A stretch of 64,000 bases of DNA. Origin: a virus. A program made the position numbers and the translations under genes. Numbering within the stretch: position 1 is the first letter of the stretch; each line of letters opens with the position of its first letter. The stretch covers positions 18,311 to 82,310 of the IMG/VR virus record IMGVR_UViG_3300044695_007705. One strand, written 5' to 3'. The notes under the pieces were generated by a model. The model made no database searches and had not been told where the DNA came from. It was given only the letters and a program-made list of their open reading frames with translations. Positions 8,390 to 16,944 of this stretch are shown here, in pieces.

Positions 8390-8414
8390 CACCGCGCCGG
8401 GGGCGGCGGCGAAT

Positions 8415-8705
8415 TCAAATGTCAGGATTTGCTGACAGAAATTCTTGCGCTTTGAGGCGTATCGCGTAAAGCTGTGTCGAGAATGGATTCAATGGGCACA
8501 AAGGGGGGATGTAGAGCACAAGGCGACCGCGCCACCACACCGCCCTCTCAAACGGGCATTTGGGCGGGATTCGGTCCACCCAGGCCTGGGCGAGTTCCCG
8601 CGTCCATACCTTCGGCTCTAGGAAGTGCAGGGAGAATTTTGGCAAAAGAGAAACGAGTTTAATCCACCAGATAGGGGGCCTGGCTCTTTTAGATTTTCCC
8701 TCCAT
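8415..8705 (-). CDS. Mo-dependent nitrogenase C-terminal (Mo-nitro_C) domain protein
   Basis: IPPKCPFER...IPPLCPLNPFSTQLYAIRLKAQEFL, characteristic of this cyanobacterial family. Confidence 0.85.
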   Translation of the reverse strand: MEGKSKRARPPIWWIKLVSLLPKFSLHFLEPKVWTRELAQAWVDRIPPKCPFERAVWWRGRLVLYIPPLCPLNPFSTQLYAIRLKAQEFLSANPDI

Positions 8706-11700
8706 TAATACATTACCATTATATGGACAGTATTTTGGCTTAAGTTAGCCTGTGTTGGGTTTCCGGGGCCACTAGGTAAATACTCCAAGTCTATGCTCTT
8801 TATCTTAATTTGGGTGGTAGTAAGGCTCGAAATGCCGATTAAATGGTCTGCCTCAGTGTCTTGAGCTGAAACATTTACAACCATATTATTTACGTCTACC
8901 CCGATATCCCCACCCGGGATATCTACAGTGTACATTAACCCGTTAATTCCATTGGGTTGAACATTGTCAAACACAGGTGCCGAAGAGGTAGCGTTTGCTA
9001 AAACTCCCCCTCTCGTTAAAACTACACCATTACCAGCGATTTTCATCCACCCCCTGACGGTAAATACGGAGTCTAAGGCGGTCTTAATCGCCTTTTCGGT
9101 CACCAGACTTGAATCGTCGGGAGTACTTCTGATCGCCGTAAGGACTGGCACTTGCTGTACGTCTCCAGCAAGACCCGTACCGGATCTTCCAAGCACTCTA
9201 AAATCGCTGATCTCTTGAATCTTTTTGAGATTGAGAGCATTATCGCTAACTTGATTATTACCAATCCATTGCGAGGTAAAAAGTCCGTCTTCGGTTACAA
9301 GTCTTTGCCGTCTGGTAGCAGAACTGGCCTCTTTATTAATCGAGTTAGTTATGCTAGAGACTTTTTGACCGCTTAAGCTCCCCAACCCTAAGGATGCAAA
9401 AGTAACAGTGTCGTCATTTAAAGGTAAACCGGCACTTACGCTGAACTGGGTAATGTTATCTAATGGGTCGTTGGGGTCACCACCCGGAATTTCCAGAGAA
9501 ACCTCTGTTACCGCAATTCCATTACCGCCATTAACGCTGTTACTAAATCGGACTTCCAGTTCATTAGCCAAGTCAAAAGCTGTGACAGCGACTTTGTCAC
9601 TAATCCCCAAGAACGCAGGGTTCTTCGCCCCTCTAATATCTTCCTTCTTGGCGAGCTGGACGAGACCGGCCCGGTCTCTCGACGCATACACCTGGGGCGG
9701 GTTTGGCGATGCGATGATGTCGCCAGTAGTCAAAGACTTGAACTGAGTATCGTTACTGAAGAATATACTTGTACCCCGGCCCATTATAAGGCTGGAGCCG
9801 TCTTGCATCAGCAACGTACTTCTTATAATTACGTTGTTCAGTACTTGGTTGGTAAGGCCTTCGGCTCCGGACTCAGACGCGTAGGGAATCGAGAACTGTT
9901 CGCCCGATCTAAGGTCAAAGACGGTAGTACCGAGGTAATAATTTCCCTCCTCGTTCATGCCGGTGGCGTATACCCGGCCACCATTCTCTTCGGTAATAAT
10001 CTTACCAAGAATGAACTCTTGCTCTAAAGGTTCGCCTTGGAATGTTGGGAACGAAGTGTCGTAGTTCAGGTAACCGGTCCATTCCCAGGTGTGCCCTGAG
10101 GCGCGGATTACGGACGGACGTCTCAGCCCGATCAGGATGCCGACAGAGGCGGATGCCGAAGTACGGACGGTAATGGGGTCGGTAGACGCCTGTAAAGGTG
10201 CGCTGAAGTTTACAGAAGCCCTTGCTTGCATGAGAGCCAGCGCTTGCTTAGTGGCACTTTCAGTGGGATCTTCCGTAAGCTCGGGATAATCGCTGTCCAG
10301 GGCGGGGTAGAAATCTCCGGTGAATACGTCGCGAGCGCGGGAACCCTGCGTCAAATAGGTTACGTATTTTCCACTGTTTTGGGCACTAGCTCCCGGTGTA
10401 AACACCTCCTCATAAGGGCGCACTTGAGTAATGGTTAACGGGTTATCCTCAAGTTCGGATGAATTATTTAAAGGGAAACCGGCAACACCCGACTGCTTCT
10501 CAAGAACATAATACGGTTGCGGACGTCTCATCCCTCTAAGACGCTCAAATCCTTCGAGTACGACTCGATACACTCGGTCATCCGCTCGCCTCTGGTCAAC
10601 AGCCCGGATGATTTTTATAGCCGAGCGGTTGAACATAAAGTCCAGAGAGGCAAAGACGGCATCTTGCCCGGTCGGATTATCCAGCAGCTTATACCTAAAG
10701 GCGTAGTCAAACCGCTTTGTTAAATATCCGTCAGCGTTTTGATCCGTGGCCTCTTCAGGAATATTTGAAGTTGTTACATCAATATACCAGGCTGGCGAGC
10801 CGGTAACCGTGTTGCCTGTTTCCGGGTCGATATCAGCAGGTGCGCTGTCCCATACAAACACTTTCGAGCTGTCGTCTAGACTGTTAAATCCGGGAGAGTT
10901 TGTAGCCGCTAGTTTAATATCCCCAGTGTATAAAATCGAATTACCTACTTCATCAAACCCATTAATATAGATACGTTTTCTGTTGGGCCTGTTCGGTCCA
11001 CCAGATAACTCCCAAGTGTCCGTACCGATTTTCTTGGTGTAGCTGTACTGTCCGAAAGCGATGTTAGACGCAGAAGGCGGACTCTCCAGGCTAAAAGGAC
11101 TGGCAATGTTCGAGTTTTGAACATAGATTCTGATAGTTTCGGGGGCCTGGTTTTCACCCGTTTTATTAGCCTTTACATAAGCTAAAGTCTTGCTGTAATC
11201 TATTACAAGACTCGTACTCACCTCAATGTCTTCGAGAGTAGGAGGTTTTCCGTTAGCCAATGTAGTGTATTGGAGCGGCAGAGGCGGGATAATTTGTGTT
11301 ATCCTAGTACCGCTATATCCACTTTCCGGCGCCGCTTGATCTTGACTAAAAGACTTCGCCTTGTAGCCAATACCGCGAAGCGAGATATCGCCAAAGTCGG
11401 AACAAGAGTTAGTAATTGATAAGTCGGCTCCAGATTCTGATATGAAATGATCGCTGTTACCTATACAGAATACGGAGACGATTTGGATCGTGGCATCGTT
11501 ACTACCTCTGATACCGAAATGGCGGTACTTGAACTTATCTGCACTGCTGGATTTGTATTTTTTGCCTTCGCTATCCGTCTTGTTAATCGGAGGATCTTGG
11601 AAATACGTATTATCCAAATAACAGGCAGGGTCGGTCTGAAGCGAGACTTGGGTAAAGTTCGCGGTGACCATCGACTTAAAGCCAGACACACGTGAACCGT

Positions 11701-14059
11701 TCGCCCAGAGGCCGTTCAGACCGAAGATGCTCCGTACCGAGCAATTGAAAACATAAGGCGAGCTGGAACGCGTGGAGTTAATGTCCGGCAAGGGGACAAT
11801 AGCGCCATCCGAGTTGCGAATTCTGGTGGCGCCGGGATACATAACAGCCGCGTTACTGGCCGAGTCGGGACTAGGAATTCCTGTCTGATTCTCCTCAATG
11901 TCCTGAGACCGGTTTTGCTTGGTAGCGGCAATAGGAGCGACGATAGTCGTCTCGGCAGCAATCGCTTCAAGCAGTTCGTCTTCCCACCCATCAACATCTT
12001 TGAACAGGGAGTTGATCCGGGAGTAGTAAGATGTCTCGCTACCGCCCCCGATAATCTCTTGCTCCGAAGCAAATTCAATGGCGGTGACGGTATTATGGCT
12101 TCTCGAGTATTGCAAGTTGTCGGTGAAAGTCATCAACGACACATAGGTGCCACCGGTAACTTTGAATATAGCGGTTTTTTCTGTCTGCGGGTCGTTTTGG
12201 ACCGGGCTGAGTTCCGGAACGTACATCGGCCGGATGCGGACCTTGCGCAGATCGACTCCGTCTACCGATATTCCCCGGGGAACGATAAGACCCCCGGTCT
12301 GAGGATTTACAACAGCCAGATTGTCAAAGAAGAGTTTGTCGTTTACTTCAAAAGTCCCTCTAACGTATTCAAGGCTGATGATCCAGTTCGAGCTGGAGCC
12401 GGATTGTTTTTGCACCCGAGCGATGTTACCAACACCCCCAGACTCTGAGTAAAGGACTCGGCCCAGGTTCAGTTCGCGTGGCGGTTGCGTGTTAACCGAA
12501 TTACCGACATTTACCACGATGGTAGTGGCTTTGTCTCCTATAACCGAGTTAGAAATTGTTAACCCTGTATCTACTTTTTGAACGAGTCCGGTTCCTTCAC
12601 TTACCGTAAGACCGGAAAGAACACCGGGACTATTATCAACATAATAGTCACCCGGAGCGATTTCCAGCATGACCTTGTCGTACCGGTCGTTGTTCTGGCC
12701 GGAGCGACGGGATTCTCTAACACCTTCAAGCAGCGCACGTTCAATGGTGCGGAACGGACGATCTTTATCAAATCCCCTGTTATCGATTGAATCTTCGCCG
12801 ATCGTCTGATCGATGTAGATTGTGTTTCTGGAAAGAGGAGTGAAAGAGGCGTTAGATCTGTTGCATCGGGGGGCTTGAGGGACGTTTACAAGTCCGCCAG
12901 TACCATTCGCATACAATGCCACTGTTTCGTCATATTGCCTGTAGCACTTGCCAAGTGTCGGGTCGGCTTGTGACGGCTCGAAACTGTATACTCCTGCGGA
13001 AAGAATGGGATATGTGGTGGGCAATCTGGCCCCGTCCGGGCACTCGGCAATAGTCCTATCGCCAATAAACTCTTTACCACCACAAGAAAGGAACGTACCA
13101 AGAACCGGATTGCACTCTGACCCGGGTGCTTCTTCGAATTTCCATTGCCCAGTAGCCGCATGATAAAACAGCTCAAGATGCGCGTCTCGGATGTTAACAA
13201 TCCAGTCGTCTGGAGAACCATTAAGCAGTTCGTTACTTACCGGGTTTGTACGAATAATTAAAGGGAAACGGTCAAATGTGCCGGAAATATCAACTAATGC
13301 GATTCGATCGCTGTCGCTTGGGGACTCAGGAAGCGTAACAATAATGCTACCGTTACCAGTATCTGCAATTACTCTGTCCGAGACTAACGCGGTGTAATCG
13401 TCGCGCTGGATGGAGGTGTTAGAAAGATTTCTCGGATAGGGATTAAGGGCGGAGATGAAGGTGTGTGGGCGGATGTCAATGTAACCAGTACCAAAGACTT
13501 CGCCTGTGTCGGGATCAGTGGCCAAGCCGTCGCCATTCGTGTCAAGAGTGATCTTCGCCAGCGGAATATGCGCTTCGTTAACGCTTGGCAACGAGCTGGA
13601 CACCGAGACGGTGTAAGGTGCGTCTTGCTGTTCAAGCAGGTAAATGTAAGAGACTGTTCCCGCGCCACCCTGCAACTTGATGTTTTGCCTGGGCCAGGAA
13701 ACAGCGTCCCCCGACCGGTTTATAAAGCTTCCCGCCTCAATTGTTACACCTTGGCCACCCTCGAATGCGAAAGTGGACGGCAACCCTACAACCGCTAAAA
13801 GTTCGTTTTCATTTCCATTAAGTACGATACCGTCATGAGCAAGACGACCGATGGCGGTCTCCGGCTCAAGCCGGGGATTAGCAATTTCCCAATCCTTAAT
13901 AGCGTCTCGCTGGCCAATATCCCAGCCTTCCTGCTCACCGCTAGTCGCTACGTCATAGTAATCAGAGCGGGGCTCCCCGGTAAACTCCGTCCCTTCCTGG
14001 ACTTTATTCAGATACTGGCTAGAGACTACTTTGCCGTTTTGAAAAGCGATTTTTTCCAC
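8705..14059 (-). CDS. Large tail fibre / virion structural protein (1784 aa), cyanophage type, beta-helix-like core
   Basis: RPFRTIERAL, PRGISVDGVDLRKVRIRP, SSSPYVFNCSVRS, GFKSMVTANFT, SITNSCSDFG, LRRPSVIRASGHTWE; T4 gp9/10-like TLPESP segment. Confidence 0.8.
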   Translation of the reverse strand: MEKIAFQNGKVVSSQYLNKVQEGTEFTGEPRSDYYDVATSGEQEGWDIGQRDAIKDWEIANPRLEPETAIGRLAHDGIVLNGNENELLAVVGLPSTFAFEGGQGVTIEAGSFINRSGDAVSWPRQNIKLQGGAGTVSYIYLLEQQDAPYTVSVSSSLPSVNEAHIPLAKITLDTNGDGLATDPDTGEVFGTGYIDIRPHTFISALNPYPRNLSNTSIQRDDYTALVSDRVIADTGNGSIIVTLPESPSDSDRIALVDISGTFDRFPLIIRTNPVSNELLNGSPDDWIVNIRDAHLELFYHAATGQWKFEEAPGSECNPVLGTFLSCGGKEFIGDRTIAECPDGARLPTTYPILSAGVYSFEPSQADPTLGKCYRQYDETVALYANGTGGLVNVPQAPRCNRSNASFTPLSRNTIYIDQTIGEDSIDNRGFDKDRPFRTIERALLEGVRESRRSGQNNDRYDKVMLEIAPGDYYVDNSPGVLSGLTVSEGTGLVQKVDTGLTISNSVIGDKATTIVVNVGNSVNTQPPRELNLGRVLYSESGGVGNIARVQKQSGSSSNWIISLEYVRGTFEVNDKLFFDNLAVVNPQTGGLIVPRGISVDGVDLRKVRIRPMYVPELSPVQNDPQTEKTAIFKVTGGTYVSLMTFTDNLQYSRSHNTVTAIEFASEQEIIGGGSETSYYSRINSLFKDVDGWEDELLEAIAAETTIVAPIAATKQNRSQDIEENQTGIPSPDSASNAAVMYPGATRIRNSDGAIVPLPDINSTRSSSPYVFNCSVRSIFGLNGLWANGSRVSGFKSMVTANFTQVSLQTDPACYLDNTYFQDPPINKTDSEGKKYKSSSADKFKYRHFGIRGSNDATIQIVSVFCIGNSDHFISESGADLSITNSCSDFGDISLRGIGYKAKSFSQDQAAPESGYSGTRITQIIPPLPLQYTTLANGKPPTLEDIEVSTSLVIDYSKTLAYVKANKTGENQAPETIRIYVQNSNIASPFSLESPPSASNIAFGQYSYTKKIGTDTWELSGGPNRPNRKRIYINGFDEVGNSILYTGDIKLAATNSPGFNSLDDSSKVFVWDSAPADIDPETGNTVTGSPAWYIDVTTSNIPEEATDQNADGYLTKRFDYAFRYKLLDNPTGQDAVFASLDFMFNRSAIKIIRAVDQRRADDRVYRVVLEGFERLRGMRRPQPYYVLEKQSGVAGFPLNNSSELEDNPLTITQVRPYEEVFTPGASAQNSGKYVTYLTQGSRARDVFTGDFYPALDSDYPELTEDPTESATKQALALMQARASVNFSAPLQASTDPITVRTSASASVGILIGLRRPSVIRASGHTWEWTGYLNYDTSFPTFQGEPLEQEFILGKIITEENGGRVYATGMNEEGNYYLGTTVFDLRSGEQFSIPYASESGAEGLTNQVLNNVIIRSTLLMQDGSSLIMGRGTSIFFSNDTQFKSLTTGDIIASPNPPQVYASRDRAGLVQLAKKEDIRGAKNPAFLGISDKVAVTAFDLANELEVRFSNSVNGGNGIAVTEVSLEIPGGDPNDPLDNITQFSVSAGLPLNDDTVTFASLGLGSLSGQKVSSITNSINKEASSATRRQRLVTEDGLFTSQWIGNNQVSDNALNLKKIQEISDFRVLGRSGTGLAGDVQQVPVLTAIRSTPDDSSLVTEKAIKTALDSVFTVRGWMKIAGNGVVLTRGGVLANATSSAPVFDNVQPNGINGLMYTVDIPGGDIGVDVNNMVVNVSAQDTEADHLIGISSLTTTQIKIKSIDLEYLPSGPGNPTQANLSQNTVHIMVMY

Positions 14060-14078
14060 AATAAGCTTAAACTACTAC

Positions 14079-14564
14079 TCAGCTTTCAACGACTTTCGCC
14101 CACAGTACTCTTGCGATCCAGGCGGGTCGAGGGCCAAAACTACTCAGCTCGATAAGGACTTCGGCCCCTGTTTCTGCATAATCGTCTAACGAGTTTCCAC
14201 TTGCCCAGTCAACCGGGTAGTCGAAATAAGCAGAAAAACTGGTCAATGGTTCGCCAACGAATCTTGCCAGAATCCGTATTTCGCGGTAATTTCCTGGCCT
14301 GACCTGGAGCGGATCGGTGTTCGGAATGGGTAAATTGTCCGGATCGGTGATGTCAAGTTCGAGGTAGTTGCCAGCGAATAAGTTACCGGCGATAGGCTTA
14401 TTAACACAAGCGCCCCCTAACTCGACAGGGAATCCAGACTGGTCAAAGACCCATGCTCTGCCGTCTGCCGTGTTTGTGACAATCTCTCCTTCGTCCCCGT
14501 CCCCCAGAAACGGTTCTTCGTTCGCCAAAGGCGTACTTAAGTTCTGAATACTCGCTTCTGCCAT
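14079..14564 (-). CDS. Putative virion/fibre-associated protein (starts MAEASIQ)
   Basis: GEIVTNTADGRAWV fibre-type motif; ATG 14564 lies 25 nt after box 14590-14598. Confidence 0.65.
   Translation of the reverse strand: MAEASIQNLSTPLANEEPFLGDGDEGEIVTNTADGRAWVFDQSGFPVELGGACVNKPIAGNLFAGNYLELDITDPDNLPIPNTDPLQVRPGNYREIRILARFVGEPLTSFSAYFDYPVDWASGNSLDDYAETGAEVLIELSSFGPRPAWIARVLWAKVVES
14082..14090 (-). promoter_or_regulatory. GTTGAAAGC box (putative late promoter)
   Basis: 22 nt upstream of GTG 14059. Confidence 0.75.
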
Positions 14565-14589
14565 TTTAAAATAAATTCCTATACACCTT

Positions 14590-14609
14590 GCCTTCAACGA
14601 GTTGAAAGC
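14590..14609. promoter_or_regulatory. Divergent back-to-back box pair (GTTGAAGGC on -, GTTGAAAGC on +)
   Basis: 14590-14598 and 14601-14609; 25 and 20 nt from divergent starts. Confidence 0.8.
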
Positions 14610-14629
14610 CAGTTATAGGGTAAAAATTC

Positions 14630-15634
14630 TTGTCTACTTACGCCACGGATTCCTGGTCGACAATTACCGGTCTTGCTTCGGTCGCCTACGGGTCGCCCGA
14701 GAGATACCCGGAAGTAGCGAATCAGGTAATTGCGAACTCGCCTGTCGGAGGGATTGTAAACAGCATGACCCCGGCCATGTTGATCGAGCAAGCGTTAACT
14801 GAGGATAAAGTCTTTTCTGCTCTTGAACAAGAGTATGAGACTAATCGCGAGTTTTCTAGGCACGTAAACACGCCGGGAAACAATCTGGCCAAAGTTGCCA
14901 GTAATTTGCACAAAAACGTCTTGACATCATATGGCGAGATGTCTAGTTATGAGACGTCATTGTCCAGTGTTATTGACTATCTAGAAGTGCCCGGGATTTC
15001 CGGCCCCGGCCTTGTCAACAGGCTTAAAAAAATCATACCCGATCTCGAAGTTTACTCTAATCTCGCATCTGTAGTGCCTGCACGCAAGCCGGACAAATTG
15101 CCAGCCGGTTCCTTATTGCCGCTTTCCGACTCGGTCGGTTTGACATCTGATTACAGGGGGGTCGAATTCTCTACAGGGTATCTTACTCCGGAAGATTATT
15201 TTGCCGGTATCGCTTTGCCCGGGGCTGGGTCTACGGCTCAGAACCTTCCCGACACAATTCTTAAATCGTTGTCAGAAGGGTATGTCGGTTACGCTACTAC
15301 CAGGCCTTTGGAATCGCTGCTCAGGCCGGGATTAGACTCTCTTCTCTCATTAAGTGATGTCCAAGAGGCGAGGAACGTGTCTCGCTCTCTGGCTGGCCTG
15401 GGGACTATCGGCACGATTCGAGACTTTACTGGCATCGGAGCATTAAGTCCTGCTGACCAGAAAATGTACGCTGTTGATGTGGCGAAGCTTGTGGTGGAGA
15501 TCAATGGTTACACCACCTATCAGCCCGAGGTCAATTCCAATGGCGATTTCATCACCCCGTTAAAGGATACGGAGAACTCTGACCCGGGCAGAGGACTCCC
15601 ATTCTCGCAAAGAACCCGTACTACAACCTTTTAA
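14630..15634 (+). CDS. Baseplate-associated protein with N-terminal LysM/tail-X-like segment
   Basis: N-terminal DSWSTITGLASVAYGSPERYPEV...ANSP; directly upstream of baseplate J; box 20 nt upstream of TTG. Confidence 0.55.
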   Translation: MSTYATDSWSTITGLASVAYGSPERYPEVANQVIANSPVGGIVNSMTPAMLIEQALTEDKVFSALEQEYETNREFSRHVNTPGNNLAKVASNLHKNVLTSYGEMSSYETSLSSVIDYLEVPGISGPGLVNRLKKIIPDLEVYSNLASVVPARKPDKLPAGSLLPLSDSVGLTSDYRGVEFSTGYLTPEDYFAGIALPGAGSTAQNLPDTILKSLSEGYVGYATTRPLESLLRPGLDSLLSLSDVQEARNVSRSLAGLGTIGTIRDFTGIGALSPADQKMYAVDVAKLVVEINGYTTYQPEVNSNGDFITPLKDTENSDPGRGLPFSQRTRTTTF

Positions 15635-15642
15635 TATAAGTT

Positions 15643-16944
15643 ATGGCATTAGAAATATTCGCACCAATACTGCCTCTGCAGCTCGATAATAGGAATGTAG
15701 GAGACATCGTCCGAGCTATACAGACTCGAATGTTTATCGAGTCGGACGGGACGCTTAATGATTTTACTCCCGCCTCGCCTTTGTCCGCGATAAGCGAGGG
15801 CCAAGGGTTCGCCCAAGCCGAACTTCTATACTATTTGAATACTTTGCCCGAGGCTGTTACGTTGCAATGGCTTAGGAGTCTGGGTGTCCAAAGAAAGCTG
15901 GGATCTAGGGCATTGGCTGAAGTAACCTTTTACAAGGTTCCGGGATATAGCAGGCCTGTGACTATACCAGGTGGGACGAGGGTGTTCGCCAGAAGCGGCC
16001 AATCCTACATCTTGTTGGATCAAGTGCAGATTGTCGACCAAAGCGCTGTTGGCACGGTACAATCCGAGCGTTGGGGGGAAGTTTATAACGTAGAGCAGGA
16101 TGAAATTACCCGCATCGAGAGAAATTTCCTCGGGCTCGATTTCATTACTAATCTCGAACCGGCATCGGGCGGTACGGATCTTGAAACCGTTGATCAGATG
16201 AAGATCCGGGCTTTTGAATTGCTGGGGCGGAGAAACCTTACATCGAGAGAAGATTACAGGTCTGAAGTCAGAGCAATAGCACCCGAAGCATCAATTGTCG
16301 AGGTATTGCCCTATGAGGAGAGGTTTCAAGACGATGTAGAGAATAATCGTGGGATTTTTATAGTGGCGGGGGGAGAGGACGGCTCGCCTTTGACTACTGC
16401 GACTCAATCCGTCTTGTTAACATCGCTTAGAGACCGAACCCCTATCGATGTTAAACTGTTTCTTACACCTCCAACTATTCTACCAGTTGAGGTTGTGGTG
16501 AGTATATCTTGGAATCCGAGAATTACTACAACTTTCAGTGATACTTTGGCTTCACAGGTAAACGATTTATTAAAAGGTATTTTCTCTCCGTCTAGTCTAG
16601 GGTTAGGGACCAACGTCTCTTATACTGATGTTTCCCGGCAAGTGTTAGCCTTGGACTTCGTCCAAGATATCCCTATTCTCGACCTTAAAGAAATGGCGTT
16701 GGATCCGGAGATTACCGGGAATACGGATGGAGTTTGTGGTAGATTTCTCGGTACGGAAGACGAAGAAACGCTAACATGCTCGTACACTTATAACCAATTC
16801 GTTGATAGAGTGTCTGCCTCGTCCCTCATATGCCCGAACAGCACTTCGGCCTTTAGACTCTATCGCTCAATCGTTTCTTTAACCTCGGTCATCGACTCGA
16901 CTACCATCACTTACACGTACGACAATTTATATGATATCGTCTAA
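15643..16944 (+). CDS. Baseplate J-like wedge protein
   Basis: LNDFTPASPL, IPGGTRV, TNLEPASGGTDLETVDQMKIRA, TSREDY. Confidence 0.9.
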   Translation: MALEIFAPILPLQLDNRNVGDIVRAIQTRMFIESDGTLNDFTPASPLSAISEGQGFAQAELLYYLNTLPEAVTLQWLRSLGVQRKLGSRALAEVTFYKVPGYSRPVTIPGGTRVFARSGQSYILLDQVQIVDQSAVGTVQSERWGEVYNVEQDEITRIERNFLGLDFITNLEPASGGTDLETVDQMKIRAFELLGRRNLTSREDYRSEVRAIAPEASIVEVLPYEERFQDDVENNRGIFIVAGGEDGSPLTTATQSVLLTSLRDRTPIDVKLFLTPPTILPVEVVVSISWNPRITTTFSDTLASQVNDLLKGIFSPSSLGLGTNVSYTDVSRQVLALDFVQDIPILDLKEMALDPEITGNTDGVCGRFLGTEDEETLTCSYTYNQFVDRVSASSLICPNSTSAFRLYRSIVSLTSVIDSTTITYTYDNLYDIV

